DNA of 64,000 nucleotides from Candidatus Oxydemutatoraceae bacterium (GTDB lineage: Bacteria > Pseudomonadota > Gammaproteobacteria > Poriferisulfidales > Oxydemutatoraceae), in assembly GCA_965218975.1 (NCBI GenBank), contig OZ244717.1, positions 672,001 to 736,000 on the forward strand, read 5' to 3'. The notes beneath the pieces were generated by a model. That model was not told where the DNA came from and made no database searches. It saw only the letters and a list, made by a program, of their open reading frames with translations. The translations under genes and the position numbers were made by a program. Positions 31,860-41,629 of this stretch are shown in pieces. Numbering within the stretch: position 1 is the first letter of the stretch; the number at the start of each line of letters is the position of its first letter.

Positions 31860-32084
31860 TTATTGATGCAGGGTAAGCACGGTAGAATAAACACCGATGA
31901 TGCTTGCAATCGTCACGATTGCACCGACGAAGATACCTATGACCCACTGAATCGTGGTGATTTTTACCGCGGCAATCTCGAGCTTCAGAGCATGCAGGCC
32001 TTTCTCGAGCTCTTTTTCGAGCTTATGCTGTCCTCTTTCGAGGTTCAGCAATCGCCGGTCGACGTCTTCAAGCGTTATTTCCAT
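31860..32084 (-). CDS. Small coiled-coil protein with C-terminal TM anchor
   Basis: MEITLEDVDRRL...LKLEIAAVKITTIQWVIGIFVGAIV; resembles the 21064/24011 proteins. Confidence 0.7.
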   Translation of the reverse strand: MEITLEDVDRRLLNLERGQHKLEKELEKGLHALKLEIAAVKITTIQWVIGIFVGAIVTIASIIGVYSTVLTLHQ

Positions 32085-32097
32085 AATAGTCTCTATT

Positions 32098-32207
32098 TTT
32101 GAAGCAAAATTGGCTCATACAGAAACCTTTGATGCGGTGGCCGATGTGCTGATATTGCATATCGGTTACCTTTTTGAGTCGTGCCGTGAATCCCACATGT
32201 ATCTGGC
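32098..32207. repeat. Dispersed hairpin element A, joined to a truncated third MEVTL-type gene
   Basis: Matches the 30811 copy; 32210-32259 reads MGVTLETIYQQLQAL on the minus strand and runs into A. Confidence 0.88.
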
Positions 32208-32450
32208 ACTGTACAGAGCCTGTAGCTGTTGATAGATTGTCTCTAATGTAACTCCCATAAATTTTTCCTTATCAGTGCAAGGGAACTTCTCACGGGTCTC
32301 CTCCCCGCAAACGAGTAAAAAGGCAAGGCACGCACCTTACAGGCTTAAAAGCAGAGTAAAGGGAAGGCGGCAGGTTTGTCAAATCAGTGTATAGGTCCAA
32401 AGCACCCATTTCGTGTAGATGCAGTCTGTGACGGATCGTTCCGCGTATCC

Positions 32451-32620
32451 TCACGTTTGCAGTCTCGTTATCAAACTAACCGCGGCAATGATGATGCCGG
32501 TAATGATAATCATCCGCTAGGTGAGCCCGGCTTCCAGCTTGACTAACTCAGTTTTAAGTTCAGCTTTTAGCTCGGTCAGACTCGCTTTGGTTGCAACATC
32601 ATTTACGTGCGCAACTGAAT
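32451..32620 (-). pseudogene. DUF1640/CCDC90-like gene remnant
   Basis: DSVAHVNDVATKASLTELKAELKTELVKLEAGLT*RMIIITGIIIAAVSLITRLQT; TGG->TAG relative to the 24433 copy. Confidence 0.72.
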
Positions 32621-32900
32621 CCGCGGTGCTTTGCCGCGGTCATGCAAGGCACCGGACCCAGTGCGGCGATAACGCCGGCGCCAGCGACAAAGTGCTGCGA
32701 CCGACCTTGAATGCGTTCGGGGGTTACAACCCTCCCAAAATGAGGGCATCGTGTTTCTGTTGAAGCTTAGAGCGCTCATGAGCTTCCATTTTGAAGCAAA
32801 ATTGGCTTATATAGAAACCTTTGATGCGGTGGCCGATGTGCTGATATTGCATGTCGGTCACCTTTTTATTGACGTCCAAGAATTCAGTATGTATCCGGAC
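32620..32900. repeat. Extended element A (~280 bp); inverted copy at 39897-40180
   Basis: atggaagctcatgagcgctctaagcttcaacag...gcattcaaggtcggtcgcag shared in opposite orientation. Confidence 0.88.
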
Positions 32901-33249
32901 ACGTGCAACACCCGCAGAACTATTTTTCAGGCAACGGATAATGTGCATAAGTTCAGAAACATTTGGCACTCCTGCCGACAGGAAGGGGCCGGGCTGATGG
33001 GATTATTCGGCATGCAACACCTTCATATCGTCGGGAATTCTAAAGGAGTCGACACACATGCTGCCAAGAAAACTCACAATTACATTCGCCAAATTCGGCA
33101 TGACGTATATAATAGGAAAAAAGAGCGTGCGTCACGAAGAAATAAAGTAGCCGGCAACATAAAATCCTAATTTACCTCTGATATGCTCAGTGGCAAATGA
33201 TTCCATAGAACCGGCGGGGCTCATAAAAACCATAACTGAAATCTAATAT

Positions 33250-34068
33250 GTGCGTATTATTACACTCAACAGCAATGGCATCCGTGCTGCGGCAAGGAAG
33301 GGCTTTTTTCCTTGGTTAGCGCGTCAATGCGCCGATATCGTGTGCATTCAGGAAACGAAAGCGCAACCGGAACAATTAATTGGCGCCCCATACTTCTTCC
33401 CTAAAAATTATTCATGCAAATATGTCGGTGCACAAAAAAAAGGTTATAGCGGTGTCGCGCTATACAGCAAGATACTCCCCGATGCATGGACGGTAGGCTT
33501 TGGGAATGCCGAGTTTGACGCTGAAGGACGTTACCTCGAAGCGAAATTCGGTAAATTATCAGTAATCTCGTTATATGCACCTTCCGGTTCGTCAAGCGAG
33601 AAACGCCAACAAGCGAAGTTCCGTTTCATGAAAGTTTTTATGCGTCACCTACGCAAGCTTAAAAAACTCGGGCGCGACTATATTATTTGTGGCGATTGGA
33701 ACATTGCGCACAAAGAAATTGATTTGAAAAACTGGCGTAGCAATCAAAAAAACTCCGGATTTCTCCCCGAAGAACGCGCTTGGTTGGACCGGTTGTTCGA
33801 CAAGGAAGGTTTTCACGATGTATTTCGTGAAGTCTGTCGTTTGCCTGATCAATATACTTGGTGGTCAAACCGTGGTCAGGCGTGGGAAAAAAATGTCGGA
33901 TGGCGTATTGATTACCATATCGCATCGCCTCGACTACGCAATAAGGCAACAAAGGCACGCATTTACAAAACACAACGCTTCTCCGACCATGCACCGTTGA
34001 TTATTGATTACAATCTCCCGCCATTAGAACAATGGACAACGAAGCACAAACAAAGCACAAACCTATGA
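33250..34068 (+). CDS. xth: Exodeoxyribonuclease III (Xth; syntenic with the pyrE-linked crc/xth gene)
   Basis: NSNGIRAA, CIQETKA, GYSGVA, GDWNIAH, SGFLPEER, GWRIDY, SDHAP. Confidence 0.92.
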   Translation: MRIITLNSNGIRAAARKGFFPWLARQCADIVCIQETKAQPEQLIGAPYFFPKNYSCKYVGAQKKGYSGVALYSKILPDAWTVGFGNAEFDAEGRYLEAKFGKLSVISLYAPSGSSSEKRQQAKFRFMKVFMRHLRKLKKLGRDYIICGDWNIAHKEIDLKNWRSNQKNSGFLPEERAWLDRLFDKEGFHDVFREVCRLPDQYTWWSNRGQAWEKNVGWRIDYHIASPRLRNKATKARIYKTQRFSDHAPLIIDYNLPPLEQWTTKHKQSTNL

Positions 34069-35381
34069 ACGAACAAACAAATTGGACGGAGACATTACGG
34101 GTTTACTTAATACCTCGAGTATACACGATGTTATTGCTCGGATTTTCTGCCGGATTACCCTACTTGCTTGTATTCTCAACATTATCGGCGTGGCTGACCG
34201 AAGCCGGACTCAGCCGCACAATGATCGGTTTTTTTAGTTGGGTGGGAATTACCTATTCCGTCAAGGTACTATGGGCGCCATTGCTTGACCACTTATCTCT
34301 GCCTCTTTTAACCCGTCGACTAGGACGGCGACGCGCATGGATACTGGCGGCACAATCGGGAATTGTGCTCAGTTTAACGTTAATGGCATGGACCGGTCCC
34401 ACTCAGAACCCTGTCATGTTTGCATTGCTTGCCGTCCTAGTCGCTTTGTTTTCTGCAACCCAAGATGTTGCAATTGATGCTTATCGTATTGAAGTTATGG
34501 CAAAAGAATACCAAGCGGCAATGGCAGCAATGTACATCTTTGGTTATCGTCTTGCACTATTAGTCGCTGGCGCCGGAGCATTTTACGCCGCTGAATTCTG
34601 GAGTTGGAGTTATAGCTACTTGTTGATGGCCGGATTAATGTCGGTCGGCATCCTTACCGTATTGGCAATTACCGAGCCGAGGGTGGCATCAAACACACTG
34701 TCGCCGATATCGCGCGAACAGTCGGCAAACACTACGTTTTACGGTTGGTTGAAACATGCGATCGTTGCCCCTTTTGCCGATTTCTTTCGGCGTAACAGCC
34801 ACCTCGCTTGGCTAATTTTATTGTTTATCGCAATTTATCGGATCAGCGATATAACCATGGGCGTGATGGCAAACCCGTTTTATTTGGATATGGGCTATAC
34901 CAAAATTCAGATTGCTGAAGTATCTAAAATTTTCGGTTTTTTCATGACGCTAATCGGCGCTGCGGTCGGCGGTATATTGGTACTGCGGTTTGGTTTAATG
35001 CAGATATTAATTGTCGGTGCCTTATTGACAGTGGTTACCAATCTGTTATTCATCGTATTATCAATATCCGCTCCCGACACTATCTTGCTTGCAATGATCA
35101 TCAGCACCGATAATTTAAGCGGCGGCATCACAACTACCGCGTTTATCGCATACTTATCAAGTCTTACGCAAACCGCTTACACCGCAACACAATATGCGCT
35201 GTTCAGCTCATTGATGACGTTGCCGGCAAAACTACTTGGTGGAATGTCGGGTGCAATCGTCGACAGCTACGGCTATACAAATTTCTTTACTTATGCCGCA
35301 ATTCTGGGTATTCCGGCGATTGCTCTCGCCGCTTATCTCGCCCGGCGCGAAAGGCGTCAAGCCAGCCACGCATCCAGCTGA
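34065..35381 (+). CDS. ampG: AmpG muropeptide MFS permease
   Basis: LLGFSAGLP, LGRRRAW, SATQDVAIDAYRIE, TATQYALFSS; ATG overlaps the xth stop. Confidence 0.93.
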   Translation: MNEQTNWTETLRVYLIPRVYTMLLLGFSAGLPYLLVFSTLSAWLTEAGLSRTMIGFFSWVGITYSVKVLWAPLLDHLSLPLLTRRLGRRRAWILAAQSGIVLSLTLMAWTGPTQNPVMFALLAVLVALFSATQDVAIDAYRIEVMAKEYQAAMAAMYIFGYRLALLVAGAGAFYAAEFWSWSYSYLLMAGLMSVGILTVLAITEPRVASNTLSPISREQSANTTFYGWLKHAIVAPFADFFRRNSHLAWLILLFIAIYRISDITMGVMANPFYLDMGYTKIQIAEVSKIFGFFMTLIGAAVGGILVLRFGLMQILIVGALLTVVTNLLFIVLSISAPDTILLAMIISTDNLSGGITTTAFIAYLSSLTQTAYTATQYALFSSLMTLPAKLLGGMSGAIVDSYGYTNFFTYAAILGIPAIALAAYLARRERRQASHASS

Positions 35382-35935
35382 CAACGCAGTTGTTCAAGTC
35401 CTTCATACGTCGATGCGGAAAATGTCTGCACCGTCACATCGGTTTCGCATAACGCAGATTTAGTTTGCGCAATTGCCCGACGCACCGCTTGACGCTTGAG
35501 CTTATCCGCTTTGGTTAACACTAAGTGTAGCGACAACGCATCGTGCCATTTTAATAATTGCCAATCCGACTCGGTTAGCAAGCGCCGAATATCCGCCACC
35601 AACACGACACCACGCAGACATTGGCGTGTCTTAAAGTACGCCGTTATCAAATCCTGCCACTGAGCGCGTACTACTTGCGATACCCGCGCATATCCGTAAC
35701 CCGGTAAATCAATCAGACGCGATTGCGCATCAAGCGTAAAAAAATTAACCATTTGCGTGCGCCCCGGTGTTTTAGCAACTTTTGCCAACTTGTTTTTCCC
35801 GCAAAGCACATTAATGAGACTTGACTTGCCGGCATTTGAGCGTCCGGCAAATGCAATTTCGCACCTGACCTCCGGCGGGAACTGGCTGGGCTGCGTCGCA
35901 CCGGTTAAGAATTTAGTTTGTTGATACCGAGACAA
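35357..35935 (-). CDS. engB: Ribosome biogenesis GTPase YihA/EngB
   Basis: GRSNAGKSS, PGRT, DLPGYGYA, TKAD. Confidence 0.95.
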   Translation of the reverse strand: MSRYQQTKFLTGATQPSQFPPEVRCEIAFAGRSNAGKSSLINVLCGKNKLAKVAKTPGRTQMVNFFTLDAQSRLIDLPGYGYARVSQVVRAQWQDLITAYFKTRQCLRGVVLVADIRRLLTESDWQLLKWHDALSLHLVLTKADKLKRQAVRRAIAQTKSALCETDVTVQTFSASTYEGLEQLRCQLDAWLA

Positions 35936-36102
35936 GCGAACGCCACCATAATTTCAGTAAGCAATTCGGCAGTATAATACTTACCCCCGTCGCTTTGTGA
36001 CAAAATTCGCTTTTTGCTATAGAATGCCGCGAATCTACGGCGGATAAATATCGTAAAAACATGTACATAGTCGCTTTCATTAAACCAAAGAGGTTTCTAC
36101 TA

Positions 36103-36705
36103 ATGAAATCGTTATGCGTGTTAGCGTTGCTTGGGAGCTCAATAACGGCAGGCATCGCATCAGCAGAAGGTGATATTGCTGTCGGTAAAGAAAAATCAGC
36201 GGCTTGTGTTGCATGTCACATGGCAGACGGCAATAGCGTCAATCCGGAATGGCCGAAAATTGCCGGCCAGTCAAAGCACTATATCATTAAACAACTCAAT
36301 CTATTTAAAACCAAATCTCGTACCAACCCGTTGATGGACCCGCAGGCGATGATGTTATCCGATCAAGACATTGAAAATCTTGCCGCTTATTTTGAAAGTC
36401 AAGCAACATCGGCCGGCGCCACCGACAAAGGTTTATTCGAACTCGGACAATCTATCTACCGCGGCGGTAATCCGGCAACCGGGGTTCCGGCATGTCTTTC
36501 GTGTCACGGGCCTAACGGTAGCGGCAATCCGGCTGCAGGATTTCCTAAACTCTCGTACCAACACAGCAAATATACCTCTGTCCGCTTAAAGCAATATCGT
36601 AAAGGTGTTAGCTATTTAGGCTCCGAAATCATGAACGGAGTCAGTCAGATGCTAACCGATACGGAAATCGAAGCGGTGTCGTCATATATTCAAGGTCTGC
36701 ATTAA
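36103..36705 (+). CDS. Cytochrome c4 (di-haem)
   Basis: CVACH and CLSCH, signal peptide, conserved position between engB and dsbA. Confidence 0.92.
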   Translation: MKSLCVLALLGSSITAGIASAEGDIAVGKEKSAACVACHMADGNSVNPEWPKIAGQSKHYIIKQLNLFKTKSRTNPLMDPQAMMLSDQDIENLAAYFESQATSAGATDKGLFELGQSIYRGGNPATGVPACLSCHGPNGSGNPAAGFPKLSYQHSKYTSVRLKQYRKGVSYLGSEIMNGVSQMLTDTEIEAVSSYIQGLH

Positions 36706-36714
36706 AGGCAAGCT

Positions 36715-37404
36715 ATGATGCGATTAACCCCCCTCTCAACTGCAAACTTCCGCTTATTTTTGATTATGCTCGGATTGCTGGCAAGTCTCGTCAGTGCCCC
36801 CGCTTTCACACAAAACTTTGTTGAAGGAAAAGACTACATCCGTATCGTGCCGCCGGTGCCGACCGATGTCGAAACAGGTAAAGTTGAGGTGAGAGAATTT
36901 TTCTGGTACGGCTGTATGCACTGTTACTCGATAGAACCTGATATTCAAAAATGGGCAAAACCGGATTCCGTGCAATTTGTACGTACGCCGGCATTGCTCG
37001 GAAAAAATTGGGTTACTCACGCGTACACTTACTACACTTTGGAACAGCTGAAACGAATTGACGATTTGCATGCGGTACTATTTGAAGCGCTACATGAGAA
37101 AAAACTGCGGCTTTTTAATGCCGAGCAACTCGCTGACTTTTTTGCGCAATACGAAATCGGCAAAGAAAAATTCTTAGAGGTTTTCCATTCAATGGTGGTC
37201 GATGCTAAAATCAAAAGAGCGGAAAAGATTGGCACCCGATATGCCCTGCGCGCAGTGCCGACCTTCACCGTTAACGGGAAATATCTGACTTCGCCCTCTA
37301 TGATGACGGGTGGCGCTATGGATGATTTCTTTCAGTTAATTGATCATTTAGTATCACTCGAAACTCGTAGCAGCCCGACATCGGACGGGATAGGTAAAAA
37401 CTAA
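36715..37404 (+). CDS. dsbA: Thiol:disulfide interchange protein DsbA
   Basis: EFFWYGCMHC (CxxC), VPTFTVNGKY. Confidence 0.92.
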   Translation: MMRLTPLSTANFRLFLIMLGLLASLVSAPAFTQNFVEGKDYIRIVPPVPTDVETGKVEVREFFWYGCMHCYSIEPDIQKWAKPDSVQFVRTPALLGKNWVTHAYTYYTLEQLKRIDDLHAVLFEALHEKKLRLFNAEQLADFFAQYEIGKEKFLEVFHSMVVDAKIKRAEKIGTRYALRAVPTFTVNGKYLTSPSMMTGGAMDDFFQLIDHLVSLETRSSPTSDGIGKN

Positions 37405-37429
37405 CCCCGCGCGTTAGCGAACGGGCCGA

Positions 37430-37960
37430 CTAGCTCTTCGCCGGCGCGGAGAACGCAACAGAATACTCCGTCGCTTGATTCATGTTATCAACAGAGAAGC
37501 GTATTGCTTGTGCATCTATGGTCATTTGCGGCACATTGGAATCCGACAGATAATCACGCGGTTGCAATTGGTACCGCGCAACATCCCGCCCCCCCGAATC
37601 GTACAATGTGAGGTTTAACTGTGGCCAATTCATGGTTGATGTGTGCGATATATAACCGTTAAAAATAAGTGTAGTTCCATATTGAATCAGTTGCGCATCT
37701 CGGATAGTTACTCCGTCATATGATTGCGCCGGCATTGCCCACTGCTCGCAATCTAAATACCGGCACAACGGTTGCACCCAAGAAAGTTCGACAATCTCAG
37801 CAGAATCATCCGATAGATATATCGCATTCACACCACTGACTGTCGAAGTCACAAAAAAAAGCGACAGAAGCAATAAAGTGATCAACGTCGATACACTTTG
37901 CGGTTGCGCTCCGCGCCTATGCGTATTTTTGTCCGCATACAACTTAAAGGATTCTGCCAT
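37430..37960 (-). CDS. DUF3426-like membrane-anchored protein
   Basis: TM helix, LCRYLDC, WPQLNLTLYDSGG...QPRDYL. Confidence 0.7.
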   Translation of the reverse strand: MAESFKLYADKNTHRRGAQPQSVSTLITLLLLSLFFVTSTVSGVNAIYLSDDSAEIVELSWVQPLCRYLDCEQWAMPAQSYDGVTIRDAQLIQYGTTLIFNGYISHTSTMNWPQLNLTLYDSGGRDVARYQLQPRDYLSDSNVPQMTIDAQAIRFSVDNMNQATEYSVAFSAPAKS

Positions 37961-38293
37961 AGCACTTGCGCCTACTTACTATAATCCGTAAACTCCGCCA
38001 GCAGTTCTCTTTTTTGTTACTGTGCAATTTTTGCCGCCGAAGTTTTTCCGAACCCGTGCACTTGGAGATCATTTACGCCTCCCGGGCAATCCGATATTAT
38101 ACATTGTCCCCAATTGTCCCCAATTATCATTCCGACGTTTTTTCGGGCAGATCTCTGAATGCCGTTGTGCAGTCGCCATTAAGGTTTCTTCTTGAAAAGC
38201 GATACAATCAATGCGGCACTTCCGTCTTTTTAACGCCGGACGGGAACGATACAGATAAATTCTCTGAGTAATCTTTGGAACAAAGATTTTTCT

Positions 38294-38905
38294 TCACAAT
38301 CCCAAATTGACGATTGCTTGCTTTACTTGTGCTTGGACATTCGCATCCGGTCGTTTTCCGGAGAATATCTGTCGCATGATCCGGCATGTGCGATCAAAGC
38401 AATCGTTCACCACGACAAAATCAAATTCATGATAATGACGCATTTCATCAAATGCCTGCGCATAGCGCTCCTCAATCACTTCTGCGGAATCTTTTCCACG
38501 TTGTTTCAAGCGTGTACACAGTGTGGTTTTAGATGGTGGCAAAATAAACACCGATTGATTTGGCATTAGCGCGCGTATTTGTGCCGCACCTTGCCGATCA
38601 ATTTCCAAAACGACATCGTAGCCGTTGTCAAATAAATTTCGCACCGCGCTACGGGAAGTTGCGTAATCATCACCAAAAACTTTTGCCGTCTCAAGAAATG
38701 CGCTTTTGCTCTTCATCCGTATGAATTCGGCTTTGCTAACAAAATGATAGTCTACTCCGTCCCGGTCACCGTCGCGTCGCAGTCGTGTTGTATGTGAAAT
38801 GGCGACGCGCAAATGCGGAATTCCTTCCGGAACTGTCTTCAGCAGGCTGGTTTTACCCACGCCCGACGGTCCGGTTACAATAAAAATCTTACCTGCCACA
38901 GACAT
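38294..38905 (-). CDS. gmk: Guanylate kinase
   Basis: GPSGVGKTS, SHTTR, DGVDYHFVS, LEIDRQGA, FILPPS. Confidence 0.95.
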   Translation of the reverse strand: MSVAGKIFIVTGPSGVGKTSLLKTVPEGIPHLRVAISHTTRLRRDGDRDGVDYHFVSKAEFIRMKSKSAFLETAKVFGDDYATSRSAVRNLFDNGYDVVLEIDRQGAAQIRALMPNQSVFILPPSKTTLCTRLKQRGKDSAEVIEERYAQAFDEMRHYHEFDFVVVNDCFDRTCRIMRQIFSGKRPDANVQAQVKQAIVNLGL

Positions 38906-39040
38906 ATTTTAATGTATCGGCAACCGTCGCGCTCGCGCCGGATGACCGCCAAAACTGCATTTTAGCTTTTGTTCTCCGGAAAGCTTCAAGGCAATAATAG
39001 TCATAAATCCTGCATAGCTTATAACGGCCACAAATACCGG

Positions 39041-39865
39041 CTATTCACTCCACCTCGCTCTCATCGCAGACACTTCCCGCGCAGAAAAGAAATGTTGCGT
39101 GTGTTTATGGTTGCATATTTGATCTGTGTATTCAGGGGAGAACTTAATTCTTTGTTTCATTTCCTGATATACCATTGCATCAGGGTCCAGCCTGCTTTCT
39201 CTGTAACGCATAATTTCCAACCGGTTCAGCCCAAGAAACTCCCTGATAATCCTACTTTTTTTATCATCGTCCAATTCCGTTCTGAGCACCAGTAAGTTGA
39301 CTTTCTTTAGCAGATGATGATTAGTCTGGGTGTAAATCCTGTATCCGATTTCAGTGGAAAAAGGCGCGGCATAAACGTCAATACCAAAGCCGTTTTTCAT
39401 TTCCTGGTTAAACCATTCCAGCGATCGCGTTATTCTATGTTTGGTCCGCCGTTTCCACACGCTGATGTCTGTGGAAGGCGTACTTCCCCTTTTATTCCTC
39501 TCTGGAATCATAAAGAAGAATACAGCCGACAAGGCTCTCTCAATCGGATTTCGCACCAAGCTGATCAAGTAGTATGTATCGGAATAAACAAACACTTTTT
39601 TCGGGTCCATAATTCCTTGAAAATCATGCGCTTGCGCTACTGCGATTAACCTTGTATGGCCTAAAGATCTTTTTAATGATATGAGGATTGACGTCGAACC
39701 GGCTTTTGGTATCGTATAAACAATGATTGAGCTATGATTGAATATTTTATAAATAGCCCTGAATATCCGGGGCCTCCATGGTCGTAATATGGTTTTCAGT
39801 TTTCTGGCAGGTGTATGGTTTAGAAGCATAGCAGCGGAAAGTATACAGCAAATGTATAGTGCCAA
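39041..39865 (-). CDS. Sulfotransferase-fold protein (putative capsular polysaccharide synthesis family), AT-rich; start uncertain
   Basis: YTIPKAGSTS (5'-PSB-like), LVRNPIERALS (3'-PB-like), WFNQEMKNGFGIDVY. Confidence 0.72.
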   Translation of the reverse strand: MALYICCILSAAMLLNHTPARKLKTILRPWRPRIFRAIYKIFNHSSIIVYTIPKAGSTSILISLKRSLGHTRLIAVAQAHDFQGIMDPKKVFVYSDTYYLISLVRNPIERALSAVFFFMIPERNKRGSTPSTDISVWKRRTKHRITRSLEWFNQEMKNGFGIDVYAAPFSTEIGYRIYTQTNHHLLKKVNLLVLRTELDDDKKSRIIREFLGLNRLEIMRYRESRLDPDAMVYQEMKQRIKFSPEYTDQICNHKHTQHFFSAREVSAMRARWSE

Positions 39866-39896
39866 ATGTTTCTGAGCTTATGCACAGGTGTATACT

Positions 39897-40180
39897 GCCG
39901 GACACATATGGGACTCACGGCTTAACTCAAAAAGGTGACCGATATGTAATATCAACACATCGGCCACCGCATCAAAGGTTTCTATATGAGCCAATTTAGC
40001 TTCAAGAATGGAGGCTCATGAGCGCTCTAAACTTCAACAGAAATATGATGCCCTATTATTTTGGGAGGGTTGTAACTCCCGAACGCATTCAAGGTCGGTC
40101 GCAGTACTTTGTCCCGCTGGCGCCTACGTTATCGCCGCATTGGACTCAGTGCATTGCATGACCGCACCAAAGCGCCGCGC
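39897..40180. repeat. Extended element A, inverted relative to 32620-32900
   Basis: gccggacacatatgggactcacgg...aaaaaggtgaccgatatg...cacatcggccaccgcatcaaagg. Confidence 0.88.
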
Positions 40181-40214
40181 AAGAGGCGTCAGCGGACCTG
40201 GCCGCAACCGATTC

Positions 40215-40705
40215 AGTGTGAAACCGTTTTGCGCTTGTTGGTGGATTGTCGGCAAAGTGCCTGTCGTCCATGACGCGACTGGGTTCTGTCAACAAGCCCC
40301 AGCCCCGACGTCCTTGTCGGGTCGTTCACCGCTGAAAACCAATTGGTTTTCCGGGCGCGTCTCACCCATGACGAGACTTGGTTCTGTTAATGAGCATCAG
40401 CCCCGACGTCCTTGTCGGGTCGTTTGCCCGGAAAACCGATCGGTTTTCCGGGCGCGTCTCACCCTGCGCCAAGCTCATTCGAATCTCGGCAGCAGTAAAA
40501 TCTTTGAGCTGATGAAACCATTTTGTATTTGCTGGTGGATTTTCAGCAAAGTGCCTGTCGTCCATGACGCGACTGGGTTCTGTCAACAAGCCCCAGCCCC
40601 GACGTCCTTGTCGGGTCGTTCACCGCTGAAAACCAATTGGTTTTCCGGGCGCGTCTCACCCATGACGAGACTTGGTTCTGTTAATGAGCACCAGCCCCGA
40701 CGCCC
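40215..40705. repeat. Element C array (partial Y-X-X-Y-X-partial X)
   Basis: ~97-bp X and ~100-bp Y modules as in 41630-42700. Confidence 0.9.
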
Positions 40706-40897
40706 CTGCCTGTGAGTACGCAGACAGGTTTGAGGTCCTGCAAGAATCCCATTTAGGGTGGCATCGTGCACAAGGACGCGCTGGCCCAGGACGAGAAGAA
40801 AGCGCCGGTCAAACTGGCGAAGAAGGAAGCGACGAAAGCGGGATAGCGCTAATAAAGAGGAATTGGACGCCACGGCTCGCTTCCATCGCGAAAAAGT

Positions 40898-41266
40898 CTA
40901 GACTTTTCTCGATTGGATTCCGACTACCAGCGCCACAACGTTCATTACCGATGGCACGAATGGGATGATTCCGAAGAACATGTCAAACAAGCCGCCTAGA
41001 ACCGGGAAGAGGGTAAGCCATCTCCTGTCCGTCGCCTTCCCGCGCAAATAACATGCTATGGCCATAATCGCGTAGCAAATCGCCAAGTAGGTGATTCGTA
41101 TCGTGCCCGCGTCCCCAATCGTGCTGTCATCAACAATCGCGACGACCAGCAACATTCCAGATAGATAGGTGAAAGCCGCTGGCACAAGGAAAAGCAGCAA
41201 GAAAACGCCGATGCTTTCAGACCCTCTTTCCTTAAGCGGCTGCACAGATTTGGTTGTATCGTTCAT
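40898..41266 (-). CDS. Small integral membrane protein (3-4 TM)
   Basis: Hydrophobic 122-aa ORF with GAGG RBS, lying between two element C arrays. Confidence 0.7.
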   Translation of the reverse strand: MNDTTKSVQPLKERGSESIGVFLLLFLVPAAFTYLSGMLLVVAIVDDSTIGDAGTIRITYLAICYAIMAIACYLRGKATDRRWLTLFPVLGGLFDMFFGIIPFVPSVMNVVALVVGIQSRKV

Positions 41267-41629
41267 TTCATTACCTCAGTTAGTTTGCACGTTCGTTCGT
41301 CGTTCAGTTTGCGACGTCCCCGAACCCGTTGAGAGACACCTCGAAAGTGTGTTTTTCGTCCCCGTGCTTGGTTCGCATCTTCGCGACACTGCTGGTCTTG
41401 AATTGATTCTATCACCGCTCGGAGCGTCGCATTGTCTGCGATAAGCTCGTTCGGATACTTGTCCCTTGTATAGCGCCGGATACATACGGGACTTACGGCT
41501 TAATCTAAATCGGTTTGTCGTTTCAGGGGAAACTACGGACCGTCGGCCGGTAACATTTTGTGTCGCCGGGTTCAACGCCTTGCAAGACCGCGGCAAAACG
41601 CCGCGCAAGAGGCGCTGGCGGGTCCGGAC

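Noticed and set aside
18759-33249. Classical integron or prophage
   Set aside because: No tyrosine integrase, no clear RYYYAAC...GTTRRRY attC sites, no phage structural genes and no tRNA attachment site seen
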